Shown piece by piece: positions 17,059-28,880 of a DNA stretch of 64,000 nt. This DNA comes from a virus. The position numbers and the translations under genes were made by a program. The notes beneath the pieces were generated by a model that had not been told where the DNA came from, searched no databases, and saw nothing but the letters and a program-made list of their open reading frames with translations. The stretch lies in IMG/VR virus record IMGVR_UViG_3300045988_130745; one strand, 5' to 3'. Each line of letters starts with the position of its first letter. Positions within the stretch are counted from its first letter, which is position 1.

Positions 17059-17777
17059 TGGTTTATCAAGGTTCAAAATCGAGAGTAGCTAAAGATATTT
17101 GTCCTATTATTCAAAAAGCAATAGATGAATCAAATTGTGATACATTTATTGATGCCTTTGTTGGCGGTGCGAACCTAATCTAGCATATTAAATGTGAAAA
17201 TAGAATTGGATATGATATTAATCCTTATCTGATTGCATTACTTAATAATTTAGATAAGATTCCAAATTTTGAAGTCCCTATTTCAAAAGAAGAGTATGAT
17301 ATTTGTCGAGCTGAGTGGCGCTCCGCTCAATTAACACATCCAGACTGGTATATTGGTGCCGTTGGCTATATTGCTTCTTTTGGTGGAAGATTTTATGATG
17401 GTGGATATGCAAAAGATGTTCCAGCAAGCGACCCAAAACGGCATGAACATCGTAATAGAAAGAATAACATTCTTAAACAGACACCAGAATTAACTGGTTG
17501 CAAATTTGAAGTAAAAGATTTCTTTTCTCTTGATTGCACGAATGCCATTATTTATTGCGATCCACCTTATAATGGAACTAAGCCTTATCCATATGATAAC
17601 TACGATAAAGAAGCGTTTTGGAATAAGGTTAGAGAATTATCTGAACATAACCAAGTCTTTATTTCTGAGTTGAGCGCACCAGATGATTTTAAGATGGTTT
17701 GGCATAAGAAAATTAAAAATACTGTCGGATTAAATAATTCTCTTGACCAAGTCGAGAAACTATTTATTAAGAAATAA
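17058..17777 (+). CDS. N6-adenine DNA methyltransferase (Dam-like, D12 class)
   Basis: YQGSKSR near the N-terminus and CDPPY catalytic motif. One in-frame TAG. TAATG overlap with nrdD. Confidence 0.75.
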
Positions 17778-17782
17778 CATTA

Positions 17783-17811
17783 GAAAGTCAGGCTTTAATG
17801 CTTGACTTTCT
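17783..17811 (+). terminator. hairpin terminator overlapping the next -35 box
   Basis: Stem agaaagtcaggc/gcttgactttct followed by a T run. Confidence 0.5.
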
Positions 17812-17830
17812 TTTTCTTTTGTGATATAAT
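17802..17830 (+). promoter_or_regulatory. family promoter
   Basis: TTGACT 17802-17807 and TATAAT 17825-17830. Confidence 0.75.
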
Positions 17831-17858
17831 ATTTATAGAAATATGAAAGAGGTGCTTT

Positions 17859-18989
17859 ATGGAATTAAGTATTGAACAGCAAATGGCTGTGGAAACCAAT
17901 GCTGAAAAAGTCCTGGTTATTAGCTGTGCGGGAGCAGGTAAAACCCGTACTCTAACTGAACGCGCGAAGTATTTGCTTCTTAATGGAGTAAAACCATCAG
18001 AGCTTATTCTTATTACATATACAAATAACGCTGCGCAGGAAATGAAAGATCGTTTATCTGATTGTCCTGGCTTTGATAAGGTGTCTATTGGTACAATCCA
18101 TAGTTATGCTGCGCAATTACTTTCGATGAACAAAATTGGATTGGATAATATTCTTGAACGCGCGCGCGAAGATGACGATTTTGATAGCCTTTTCCGCGAA
18201 GTGAAAAAGCATCTGAATACGATGTTTATTCCCACTATTGACCATCTGCTCATTGACGAGTTCCAAGACGTAGCTCCGCAAGAATATGAGTTCATTAAAA
18301 CAATTTTAAAGCCAAAACATTTTTTCGCCGTTGGTGACCCGCGTCAGATGATTTATTCTTTTAAGGGCAGTTCAAAAGAAGTATTCAATAGCCTATACAA
18401 TGATCCGCAAACAAAGATTTTTGAGCTGACTGAAAATTATCGTTCTCGTTCTGGCATTCTCAAAGTTGCACAACAAGCTATTCGAGATCTTGATGAAGCT
18501 GCGATTACAGATGTTGTTCCGATGAAGCGAGGAATGGCAGAAGTTACTTCTATGGCTTTTGATATTCCTGCAGTCGCATATATGCTTAAAGAACGTGGCG
18601 ATTATAAGGACTGGTTTGTTCTTGCGCGTTCAAATAAACTTGTCGCAGAAATTGCGGCAGAATTTGACGCATTAGGTGTTCCTTATGTCAATTTTCGCCA
18701 AGCAGAAAAAACGACTGAGGAAATCCATCAATTGATGAATGAGAATGTTGTTAAATTACTTACCATCCACTCTGCTAAAGGACTTGAATCTAAGAATGTT
18801 GTTCTGTTTGAGAATTTCTTAGGTAACAATCGTTATTCTCAGGAAGCAAGAGACGAGGAACGTCGTATCCGTTATGTCGGTATCACTCGTGCGGAAGATA
18901 AACTTGTACTTGTCAAGCAAAAGCGAGCAGGTCGTGCGAGGATGCAAAGACCTACAAATTTTAATTATGCTCGAGGTTTTGGATTTTGA
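17859..18989 (+). CDS. UvrD/PcrA-like superfamily-1 helicase (short form)
   Basis: Walker A CAGAGKTRT, DEFQD, GDPRQMIY and VGITRA motifs. Confidence 0.8.
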   Translation: MELSIEQQMAVETNAEKVLVISCAGAGKTRTLTERAKYLLLNGVKPSELILITYTNNAAQEMKDRLSDCPGFDKVSIGTIHSYAAQLLSMNKIGLDNILERAREDDDFDSLFREVKKHLNTMFIPTIDHLLIDEFQDVAPQEYEFIKTILKPKHFFAVGDPRQMIYSFKGSSKEVFNSLYNDPQTKIFELTENYRSRSGILKVAQQAIRDLDEAAITDVVPMKRGMAEVTSMAFDIPAVAYMLKERGDYKDWFVLARSNKLVAEIAAEFDALGVPYVNFRQAEKTTEEIHQLMNENVVKLLTIHSAKGLESKNVVLFENFLGNNRYSQEARDEERRIRYVGITRAEDKLVLVKQKRAGRARMQRPTNFNYARGFGF

Positions 18990-19498
18990 ATTATGCAGGA
19001 ATAAAGTATTTTGATATTGCAAATGCGCCGGGTGTTGGAGTAAGTCTTTTTGTGTCTGGATGTCCTCTTCATTGCGAGGGATGTTTTAATTCCGAAGCGC
19101 AAGATTATAATTTTGGAGAGCCTTATACAAATAAAACTACTTCTACTATTGTAGAGTTTTTTAAGAAGCATCCACAAGTGAAGAGCTTTTCCCTTCTTGG
19201 CGGGGAGCCTTTTGCATAGGACGTTAATGGACGTTCTCATATAGCCCACCTTGTGCAAAGGCTAAGAGATGAAACTCAATGTGAAAATTATTGGGTTTGG
19301 TCTGGACAGAAATTTGAAGATTTAATTCAAAAGCCAGAGGGTAAACTACTTTTGATGTTTGATGTGTTGGTGGATGGTCCTTTTGAACTCGATAAAAAAG
19401 ATCTCAGTCTGGCTCACAGAGGTTCTTCAAATCAGCGAATAATTGATTTAAAGCATTTCTTTAAAACGGGTGAGGTCGAATTATGGAGTGAATCTTAA
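18986..19498 (+). CDS. nrdG: anaerobic RNR activating enzyme (radical SAM)
   Basis: MNYAGIKYFDIANAPGVGVSLFVSGCPLHCEGCFN. Track ORFs 18986-19219 and 19253-19498 are in frame and join through one TAG. TTG start. Confidence 0.85.
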
Positions 19499-19821
19499 TG
19501 ACTTACACTTGTACAATATATTATTTGCATGATAGTTTTGTTAATTTAGCGCTGAATCGTTTTGGCAAAGAGATTGGGAAAAATCTTGATATGCCATTAA
19601 GTGCGACAATAGATAATGCCACATTTGCACTTGATGATAACAAAAGAATTGTTGTTTAGACAATTAAAGGTTTATCTCGTGGCTCAATAGCGAGTTGCAG
19701 GTCAACCTATGCTATTGTTGAAGGCGCACTTATAACACCAGAAACAGTGGATATTTACAATCAGTTGACCCAAACAACGGGTGAAATATTCCTTTGGGAA
19801 GAAAGAGAGTTGCAGGAGTAA
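19498..19821 (+). CDS. hypothetical protein
   Basis: TAATG overlap start. 108 codons with one in-frame TAG. Confidence 0.5.
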
Positions 19822-19829
19822 TGACGTAA

Positions 19830-20900
19830 ATGGGAATTTTGTTCTCTGTAATAGGAGCACTCGTTGGCGCAATTATAGTTTATATTATAATGCGCAGGCG
19901 CCAAGAAGAAATTAAACAAATCAATAGGGCGCAATTAGAAGCGTTTGATAAAGAAGTTCAAGAGAAAAAGGTAGTTACTTAGCGTTTAATAGATTCTTAT
20001 AATGAATCACTTGAGCGTGCAAAACAAGAAAATAATAAGGCGTTAGAACACGCGAGACGATACAATCAAGAACAATTAAAGCAAGTTCAATCAGATTATT
20101 ATAATAAAGTTCAAGATTATACTAATCAAGCGGAAGAACAAAAGACCTTTCTAAACAGGGATATTGCCGAGCTTCAGGCTAAGATTGTTGCTCTTGAAAA
20201 AGACTATGATCATAAGATTGCTGATTTTGATAGGCAATGGTAGTCTTTGATGAAAGAACGCCGTGAAGCGATGGATAAATTAGAAGAAGAGAATTTGGAT
20301 GATTACCTTGATTAGCAAATGTCTCTTGAATCTCAATATCAAAAGGACAAAGCAAAACTTTAGTCTGAGATCAATAATTTATCTGCTTTGCGCGCGAGCC
20401 TTATTGAAGCGCAAATTCGTGAACAAAAGCTAAAAGATGAACAAGACTTTTATCGTATTCATCTTTCTATTGATGCTCAAGAGGATATTGATAAATTACT
20501 TCGTTTTGCTAAAGAGTGCCACAGTCAACAACCTTTGCGCAAATTGATTTGGAGTGAATACTTCTTAAAGCCTTTCGGTGAAATGGCAGGACGTATCCTT
20601 GGTAAGGACAAAATTTCTGGCATTTACAAGATTACTAATATTAAAGACGGTAAAATATATATTGGGCAGAGTACGGATATAAAAACTCGTTGGTCCAATC
20701 ATATCAAAGCCGCGCTCAAAATAGATTCAATAGCTCATTCAAGAGTCCACGATGCGATGGGTGACGAAGGTATTTGGAACTTTACTTTTGAGTTATTGGA
20801 GCAATGCCCAAAGGAGAAGCTAAATGAGCGAGAGAAATATTACATAGAATTTTATCAATCAAATATCTATGGATATAATAAGACTATTGGTGGAGCTTAA
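19830..20900 (+). CDS. membrane-anchored coiled-coil protein with C-terminal GIY-YIG nuclease domain
   Basis: N-terminal TM helix MGILFSVIGALVGAIIVYIIM, about 180 aa of heptad-like Q/E/K-rich sequence with TAG codons, then GIYKITNIKDGKIYIGQSTDIKTRWSNH. Confidence 0.7.
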
Positions 20901-21226
20901 TGGATATTCTTAATAAAATGTACTTTCAAAGTGGGACTGCGAGATTAAGAAATGACGGACTTATTGATTTGTCTCTTAATTATATATACAATAATGGAAA
21001 AGAAGATAAGTCTTTTAGTTTAAAAGGAGTTGTCGATAATCCGGTTGTTACAATCGAGAATGCCTATCGCGGCCCGAAAGAAAGAACCGCAGAAATGTTG
21101 ACTGATAACCGTAATTATAAACTAAACGGAATTGTTTCCTTTGAATTTATAACAGATAAAGGCACAGGTAATCTTTATACGCTTGAAATAGCAGATATTC
21201 AAAAAATAGAGGGAATTGATAAATGA
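20900..21226 (+). CDS. hypothetical protein
   Basis: 108-aa ORF with a TAATG overlap. Confidence 0.6.
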   Translation: MDILNKMYFQSGTARLRNDGLIDLSLNYIYNNGKEDKSFSLKGVVDNPVVTIENAYRGPKERTAEMLTDNRNYKLNGIVSFEFITDKGTGNLYTLEIADIQKIEGIDK

Positions 21227-21552
21227 CTTATTCTGATATATTAAAAGAAATGAAACACCACGGAATGGATGATTTTTGTATTGAGCGTTATGAAGTTGAA
21301 GCAGTTGCGCGAAATAAATATCTTATTCATATCATTTTTGATAGCGAAAAGAAAAAAATGTATTTGACTGCACGGGCGACCGATATAATTGGATCTCATA
21401 CATTTGAATCTTTTTCTGCTTTTGGTGGGTATAATTCAGAGAAGATAATGGAATGCCAAGGTCCAATTATTAAATTTGGACTGGAAACTTCTATTGATTT
21501 TACTAAAGACAACCCCGTCACGATTTATTTCGTTGACAAGGAGAAAAACTAA
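21223..21552 (+). CDS. hypothetical protein
   Basis: 109-aa ORF with an ATGA overlap. Confidence 0.6.
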   Translation: MTYSDILKEMKHHGMDDFCIERYEVEAVARNKYLIHIIFDSEKKKMYLTARATDIIGSHTFESFSAFGGYNSEKIMECQGPIIKFGLETSIDFTKDNPVTIYFVDKEKN

Positions 21553-22382
21553 TGCAATTTGATAATACAAGAACTTTTAATTGGGAAGGTGCTTTTCATG
21601 GTATGAGAGCGCCACTTGAATCTTGGGCAAAATCGGATAGTATGTTTGGTCTTGCGCCAATGGAAAGTACATATGATTTAGAGATGCTAAATACTTGGCG
21701 TGATAAAGAATACCCTGACGGATTTAACACAGAACAAGAAAGGACCGCTTATAATGCAGAAAAAATTTCATGGATTGACAATAATGGCATTTTGTGTTGC
21801 GATAATAATTGCATGGAGTTTGCTTTTCTTGGACCGGCGGACTTGGATCTCGCTCAGCGATTAATTAAAGCTGGCCCAGAGCATAGAAAATTTTTGCGTC
21901 AGATTTTTGTTTCGGCTTATATTAGTCTACCTTTGTCTATATGGAAATAGCTTGATACATATAAAATTGGTACTGTAACCAATTCTACTTCTACTATGCA
22001 TAAAATTCAGTCTAAGCCGCTTACAAGAGAAAGCTTCGAGATTGAACAAATTCCTTATGAAGAACAGGAAGAAATGGAACAACGTGATGGTATTTACTGT
22101 GCGGGTGAACTAAGTGATTTGCTTGATGAAACAATTCAAACTTGTGAAGATTTGCGCAGAGCATTTAATCAAACAAAAGATAAACGCTATTGGCGTAAGC
22201 TAATTGAATTGCTCCCTGAATCTTATCTCCAAGCGCGTGAATATACCTTAAACTATGAGGTTCTTCGTTCTATTGTTCATCAGCGCAAAGGGCATAAGCT
22301 AGGCGAATGGCAGAAATTTATTCATTGGGTTCATACTTTACCTTATGCAGAGGAGTTAATTTTCTATGATGGAGACAAGTAA
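21552..22382 (+). CDS. ThyX-like (flavin-dependent thymidylate synthase family) protein
   Basis: Track ORFs 21552-21950 and 21996-22382 are in frame and join through TAG. EHRKFLRQIFVS...NSTSTMH resembles the ThyX RHR/S motif region. Confidence 0.5.
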
Positions 22383-22383
22383 T

Positions 22384-22725
22384 ATGAATTATGAGGAACG
22401 TTCTTTGAATACTTCTAAAGCTGTTGGGCAATGTGTTGACTAGATTTCATTGCTCGATCCTATTCAAGAGGACCCTGGCAATGAGCTTCATGAAGTTCCT
22501 AATGACATGGTAGACCATCCTAATCATTATCAAGCCGGTGGTCTTGAATGTATTGATGTTATGGAACAACTTTATGGACGTGAAGCAGTAGAGTCTTGGA
22601 TTAAACTAACTATCTTTAAGTATGTCTGGCGCGCGGATAAAAAAGATGGCGCACAAGATATTGATAAAATTCGATGGTACTCTGAGAAATTGGTTGAAAT
22701 GTTGAAAGAGGATGGAGAATATTGA
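22384..22725 (+). CDS. DUF3310-like phage protein
   Basis: HPNHYQAGGLECIDVME...KYVWRA is typical of DUF3310. N-terminus is extended through one TAG. Confidence 0.5.
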
Positions 22726-22928
22726 CTCGGAAGAGATTTATAAAGTCTATGATGGCAGTTGGCTGGCAGCGAAACGAAGCTAATGATTACGCTCGTTTAA
22801 AGCCGAGTTATCTTTCTTATTCTCGCTATTGGAGTATCTATTGTCAATGGATTAAAAAGATGAGATATGCGCTCGAGAACGATTCGACTGAGGAATTTAT
22901 AAAGGAGTATTATCTTGTCACAGATTAA
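22722..22928 (+). CDS. hypothetical protein (paralog of the next gene)
   Basis: MTRKRFIKSMMAVGWQRNEAN resembles MTKKRFIKLLMGIGIPRNQAE in the next gene. Confidence 0.55.
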   Translation: MTRKRFIKSMMAVGWQRNEANDYARLKPSYLSYSRYWSIYCQWIKKMRYALENDSTEEFIKEYYLVTD

Positions 22929-22953
22929 CTCTCTATTTTTGAAAGGACGAATC

Positions 22954-23187
22954 ATGACTAAGAAAAGATTTATTAAACTCCTAATGGGCATTGGGATTCC
23001 GCGGAATCAAGCGGAAGTATTTGCCTATTGGAAACATAAATGGCTTAAACCCTATGCTCAAAGCTGGAATGATTATGCTGCAACTCTTTCGCATAATCTT
23101 CGGTTTAGTTATTCACCAGGAGAGCCTGGTGAAGAGATTATTCTTCGAGATTTAAAATATTTGGAGTTACATAGAAATGAAAGATAA
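22954..23187 (+). CDS. hypothetical protein (paralog of the previous gene)
   Basis: An internal ATG aligns its N-terminus with the upstream paralog. Confidence 0.55.
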   Translation: MTKKRFIKLLMGIGIPRNQAEVFAYWKHKWLKPYAQSWNDYAATLSHNLRFSYSPGEPGEEIILRDLKYLELHRNER

Positions 23188-23338
23188 TAATCCCATGGGC
23201 AATTTGATTGATTTATTTTTTGATCCAGATTACGTCAAAGCTATGTCTCAACTTAACACTGTTGATGTAGGCAAGCTGAGCGATTCTGAAATAGCTAAAA
23301 TGATTGATCTACTTTGCAACGGAGCAAAAACAGAATAA
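23177..23338 (+). CDS. hypothetical small protein
   Basis: 53-aa ORF, below the track cutoff, followed by a terminator. Confidence 0.35.
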   Translation: MKDNNPMGNLIDLFFDPDYVKAMSQLNTVDVGKLSDSEIAKMIDLLCNGAKTE

Positions 23339-23348
23339 ATTATTTAAT

Positions 23349-23378
23349 TGCGTCGGATTTTATATCCGGCGCATTTTT
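23349..23378 (+). terminator. intrinsic terminator
   Basis: Stem tgcgtcgga/tccggcgca followed by T5. Confidence 0.65.
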
Positions 23379-23448
23379 ATTTAATACTTATAATTAATGC
23401 CCAAAAATCTTACTTTACCATTAGATAACTTCAATAGGAGGGAGAGGT

Positions 23449-23796
23449 ATGCTTTCTACACAAGGAACAAACATCACAATCACTCGTGGAGATAGTGCTT
23501 ATATCACAGTTTCCATTACTGATTCTAAAGGCAACCCCTATACTCCAGGTCCCGACGATAAGATTCGCGCGCAAGTTAGACAGGATGCTTCTGCCACAAA
23601 AATATTGTTTGAAAGTCAAATTCCTTACGATACTCTTGTTTGGCATATAAAACCAGAAGACACCGCTCAAGCGCAAATGGGCAAATCTTATGTTTATGAC
23701 ATGGAGATTGAGACTGCCGAAGGCGATGTTTTTACTTTTATTCCTTTGTCTAGTTTCACCGTAAGCAAGGAAGTGACTAGAATTGGAACAGAATGA
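23449..23796 (+). CDS. hypothetical structural-module protein
   Basis: 115-aa ORF with a GGAGGGAGAGG SD. First gene of the tail-fibre block. Confidence 0.55.
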   Translation: MLSTQGTNITITRGDSAYITVSITDSKGNPYTPGPDDKIRAQVRQDASATKILFESQIPYDTLVWHIKPEDTAQAQMGKSYVYDMEIETAEGDVFTFIPLSSFTVSKEVTRIGTE

Positions 23797-24370
23797 AATT
23801 TTATATGGTGCGATAAAAAATTAGTCTTCTCTTGAAGGTGTGCTTGATGCAACTTCACTAAGCGGTGACATTGCGTGCTATTCTACTTTATCTGGCGCTC
23901 TTGCGGCTGATGGTAGTATTTCTGGCGCGCTATCTAATCCTGTTTTACGTGGTTACTCTGCTTATGCTATTGCAGTCATGCATGGCTTTAAAGGCACAGA
24001 GAAAGAATGGCTAGATAGCTTAAAGCCTGTAAATGGAGTTGATTACTTCATTGATGAAGACAAAATCGTTGAAACGGTTAAAGCTGATTTAAAAGATACT
24101 TTTGTTGTAAGACGAGATGGCTATTCTTTAATCTCTTTAACCGATATTGCTAAATTAACTAATATTGCTGATAGAGCGACTCGCGTAGAACCATCTACTA
24201 TCAATGGTAATATCATTATCAATGGCAAAGAAACAAAGGTTTATCGCGGGCTTCCTCTTGATGATTCCGAATATATAAAGAACCAAGATGAGGTTCGATT
24301 GTGCTCTGGTGGCGCCGCAGATGATTATGGCTTCGGTAAAGAGGACGATACATTCATCTTTGAGGGGTGA
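23783..24370 (+). CDS. tail-fibre-module protein (paralogous N-terminus to 36792-37139)
   Basis: ILYGAIKN[TAG]SSLEG...[30 protein letters not shown] parallels the protein at 36792. The TTG start is uncertain. Confidence 0.5.
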
Positions 24371-24375
24371 GATAA

Positions 24376-26217
24376 ATGCCGGGTAAAACACTAAAAACTA
24401 GAATACAAAACAAAGTTGACTCATTAGCTAACTTACAAGCTAATAACCCCTATATTCTTGCGGGCGAGCTTGTAACTGCTTACACTACCGTTGGAGTTAA
24501 GCAAGAGGATGGTAATGTAGTTCAAAAGAGAGTCGCTTATATCTATGTAGGTCCGGGCAACTTTAACGACTTGTATCCTATTGTAGGACCTTCTGCCGAT
24601 GTTAAGGCTTGGGCCAAGGTCGATAATTTTGTCGATGTCGTTATTGAAAAATTAACTAAGACTGACGAGAAAGGCGACATTGCTGAGAATGATACAGTTA
24701 ATACAATGATTAACCGTATCAATAATAACTTCGCGCAAATTAAAACTGATATGCCATCTAAGACTTCTGATTTAACCAATGATGGCGAAGGTGCTGAAGT
24801 TCCTATTAAGGATTTCATTACTGGTTATGAGTCTTATTAGTTTGTAAGTCGAGATTCAGTTAAAAATTATATTAACACTTTTGGTTTGCAAGACCTAGAA
24901 GAAATCAAAAAGAAACTTGCCGAACTCGAAAAGAAAGTTGATGATAATTTAAAGGCGATTGATGAACGCTTTAAGTTATATTATACTAAGACTGAAATTA
25001 ACGATTTACTTGCTGGTTATCTTAAAGGTGTTTAGATTGGCGATAAAGATGGCGGAGTTGTACTCAGTCCTGCTTCTACTGTGGTCACTTCTGGACAGCT
25101 TTGGACTCAGATTAAAGATGCTTCTCAAAAGGATATTGAGAAGATTGCTGACGCAGCTGCTTCTACTGCTCTCAGTCAAGCTAAGACTTATACTGATACT
25201 AAGTTAAGTGAATTTATCACTATTTCTTATAAAGGCCCTTATGATTCTTATGCGGCTTTACTTGCAGACAATGTTGATGGCGGTAAAGCTGGTGTCATTT
25301 ATCTTGTAAGTCATAACCATAATGATAATGATAGTTATGATTCAACAGATAGTGATATATTTGATGAGTACATTTGGGTTACACGTCAAGATGGTGGGCA
25401 ACCTGGCTTTGAGAAAGTTGGTAATACAGATGTTAAGTTAAGCAGCTATCTCCAGGCCGCACTCAAAGAAGATAAAACTGGGGTTCTTGAAGGCGACGAA
25501 GGTTCTGTCTCTAAAATTGAGGTTGTTGAAGATCCTGTTGGTAGTGGCAACAAGTTCTTTAAAGTAACTTATAAGACTTTAATCAAGAGTGAGACATTTG
25601 ATGCTGGTAAGGTTGCTGTTGGTTTTGGTAATGGTGCATTAAAATCATCTGCTTTAGTCAATATTCCTTTAGCTGGTATCGTAGCAGGTAGCGCAGAATC
25701 TGATATTAACGAAACCACTACATTGGGTGGGGCAATTAGAAACTTAGAAACCAAGATTGCTGATGCAAAAGCCGACGGTGTTAAAGAGGTTGATATTGCT
25801 ACCGATGGCGGCGTTGATGTTAGTGGTGGCCCGATTACAAATAAGGGCACATTAAAGGTTAGCCACTCTTTAAGAGCAACTGCAACTTCTGCTGTCAGTG
25901 ATACTGTTGGTTCCGCAGATGAACGCACTTACGTTAAAGAAATTGCTCTCGATAAATATGGTCATATTGTTAATGTTACTACTGGTAAGGAAACAAATGT
26001 TGATAGTTATGCTACCGGTGGTTCATTTGCTGCGGATAATACAAAAATTGAATTAACCGTTACTGGCACTGGTCCTAATTTCAAAACATTTAAAGCAGGA
26101 CTTAATAAATTGCCTGCTATGTTATTATCTCAAACTGATGCCGAAGATGATTTTTTAGTACTTTATTGTGGCACCAGTAGCATTTTAGCTTCAACAGAAC
26201 AAATCAATTATACCTGA
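24376..26217 (+). CDS. tail fibre protein
   Basis: Track ORFs 24376-24840 and 25081-26217 are in frame and join through TAG codons (614 codons). Ala/Thr/Gly-rich fibre-like sequence. Confidence 0.65.
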
Positions 26218-26232
26218 TAAGGTGGTGAGTTG

Positions 26233-26634
26233 ATGCTCAAGGCTAGAATACAACTTAAAAAAGACACCAGCGAGGCTTGGCGCATCAATAATCCTGTTCT
26301 ATTGGATGGCGAAGCTGGTTATGAATCAGATACAAATTTAATGAAAGTTGGCGATGGGATTCATCGCTGGCTTGAATTAGACTATACAAACTCTGGTGCA
26401 ACTGCGATAGCAAGTACAGCTAACTATGCTATTAATGCTGGTGCGCTAGGCGGAACTTCTGCGGCTGATTGGGCTAAGAAGTTTGACAATTATGTTTTAA
26501 ATACTCGAATTGAAGCCGTTATGTCAACTGCTTCAGCCGCGGACAAAATACCAACCTCAATAGCAGTTACTAATTGGGTTAAGTCGCAAAATTTCGCGGG
26601 TGCCGGTGATATTACTACTTGGGAGGACTTTTAA
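26233..26634 (+). CDS. tail-fibre-like protein
   Basis: IQLKKDTSEAWRINNPVLLDGEAGYESDTNLMKVGDG resembles the N-terminal domain found in phage tropism and hyaluronidase-type fibres. Confidence 0.55.
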   Translation: MLKARIQLKKDTSEAWRINNPVLLDGEAGYESDTNLMKVGDGIHRWLELDYTNSGATAIASTANYAINAGALGGTSAADWAKKFDNYVLNTRIEAVMSTASAADKIPTSIAVTNWVKSQNFAGAGDITTWEDF

Positions 26635-28880
26635 TGGCTAATAAATTATTAAAACCAAAGAGAGGTAGGGTAGAGAACCTGCCTAAATTGGCTGTTGAAG
26701 ATGGCTCTCTTATTTTTGCTTATGATACCAAATCTCCCACTAGTACTGTTTTAGTTGATGTTGGAGAAACTAGATATGAATTATCTGCGGCGACGGCAAA
26801 GAAAGCAGATGATTCTAATGCTCTTGGCGGCAGTAGTCTTCAAAATATTGTTGACAAGATTGACAATGCGACGGGTGATGGAACTGCCTTTACTGGTTTA
26901 GATACTACTACTAATAATAAAGTAAAACTGACAAGAGCCAATGGAACTACAGTTGAAAAAACAATTAATAATGTTTCTAATGCTTCGACTGCTGATTACG
27001 CAAAAGTAAGCAATAAAATTGGAACTGGGACTATTGGTTCGTCAACTAAACCAGTTTATATTAATGCTGGTACCCCTACTGCGGTTAGCTCTATCCCATC
27101 TACTTTTGTTGCAGCATCGCAAATAAATGGTATTAATCTTGATACTTTGCGCACGCCAGGTATGTATTGGGCTGGTGGTGGCAATACTAATACTAATAAG
27201 CCCACGGGTATTGATGCTTTTGGTTTAGAAGTTCTTTAGAGTGCGGCCGGATGGTATACTCAAATTTGCTATGCTTCTGATGATTAGGAGAAACAATTCG
27301 TTCGTTATTATGATGCAGGAACAAAAGTTTGGAAAGATTGGGTTGAATAGAACCGTTTAAACACTAAAACTCAAAGTGGTTACGCCCCTGCACCGAATGC
27401 GGCAAATAAAGTTTATCGTACTGACGCGAGTGGCAATCCTGGTTGGGGCACATTAAACGACAGTTCTATTGGTAGACTTGCGTCTACTGTTACTTTTGGT
27501 GACGGTGGTCCTGCGGTAATTGATTAGAATAATGAAACTTATCGCCAGCGTATCAATATTTTCGATAATGCAACAGCTAATGACGCGGTATTTAGTTTCT
27601 AGCAATCAACAGATGCCGGTAAGACCTATAAAGATTTATTTGCTATTAATGATAATGGTACTGTTATTGCTGGTACATTTCAAGGCGCACTTAAAGGAAC
27701 AGCAGATTATTCAAAGAACTCTGGCGCTCTTGGTGGCAGTAGTTTAAAAAATATTATTGATAAAATTAATAGTTCTACTGGTGATGGTACCGCTTTTACT
27801 GGTTTAGATATAACTATAAACAATAAGGTTAAATTAACCAGAGCCAATGGTAGCACAGTTGAAAAGACAATCAATAATGTGTCTAATGCTTCAACTGCAA
27901 ACTATGCTAATAGCGCGGCAAATGCTTCGACAGCAGAGTATGCTAAAAGCGCACCACCAACCGTGAATTCTGTCAATTATGTCCGAGTTTATAATAGTTC
28001 CAATGTCGGTGGAAGCAATACTGTAACTGTCAATGATTTATCAAAGAAGCATTTTGCTCAAGGCATGATTAATTCTGCGACTGATAATCCATTAGGTAAA
28101 GCTGGCTGGGTTCATGTGCAAAGTATGGCTTGGGCAGATGGTAGTGATTAGTGGGCTTCTCAAATTGCTTTTGATGTTCAAAATGGTACTGGCGCTTACT
28201 ATCGTTCTTCTAACGGCAGTGGACATTTAGCTGGACGTGACTGGAATAAATTCCTTGATAGTTCAAATTATACAGAATATGCTGCTGATAGAACTGCTCT
28301 TGTAAGCGCTTTGGCATCCAGCTCAAAAGTCACTTTTACAAGGGCAAATGCGGGAACATTTGCTATCAATATTAACTATGTAGAAAATGCTTCGACAGCA
28401 AATAATGCAAACAAGCTAGGCGGACTTCCATCAAGTGAGTACGCCCTTAAAAGCCAATTAAGTGGTGATATTAATGCTTTGTCTGCTAAACGCTTGCCAT
28501 CTTATCAATCAATCTCTGTAGCTAACTCTTTCTTCTATCGTTACGGTACAGCTGGTAATACTTCTGATGGCGGAGCTTGGACTGGATTTCCTTCAGCGAT
28601 TCTCTACAATGCCGATTCAACTGTTAATGGCTTCGGCAATGCGCTTTTTCAAAAGAAAGTTGGTGTTCTTCACTTAGCAGCTGGTTCTTCTGCTCATGAC
28701 CTTGTATTTCAAGCTGGAGGTACCAATGGCGGTATTGCTTATGTTGCAACTGGACGTAATCCCGCATACATTCTCGACACTCTTAACTACAAAGATAAAG
28801 CATATACATTTAACAAATTAACTGCAACCAGTACATTTACGGCAACTGGTGGCGTAGTTATTGACGGGGGAAGTTATTAA
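26634..28880 (+). CDS. large tail fibre protein with an internal duplicated module
   Basis: 749 codons, assembled in frame from track ORFs 26619-27239, 27879-28151 and 28311-28880 through TAG codons. Confidence 0.65.
26820..27000 (+). repeat. intragenic repeat, copy 1 (about 180 nt)
   Basis: GGSSLQNIVDKIDNATGDGTAFTGLDTTTNNKVKLTRANGTTVEKTINNVSNASTADYA recurs with few changes at 27727-27907. Confidence 0.75.
27727..27907 (+). repeat. intragenic repeat, copy 2
   Basis: GGSSLKNIIDKINSSTGDGTAFTGLDITINNKVKLTRANGSTVEKTINNVSNASTANYA. Confidence 0.75.
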
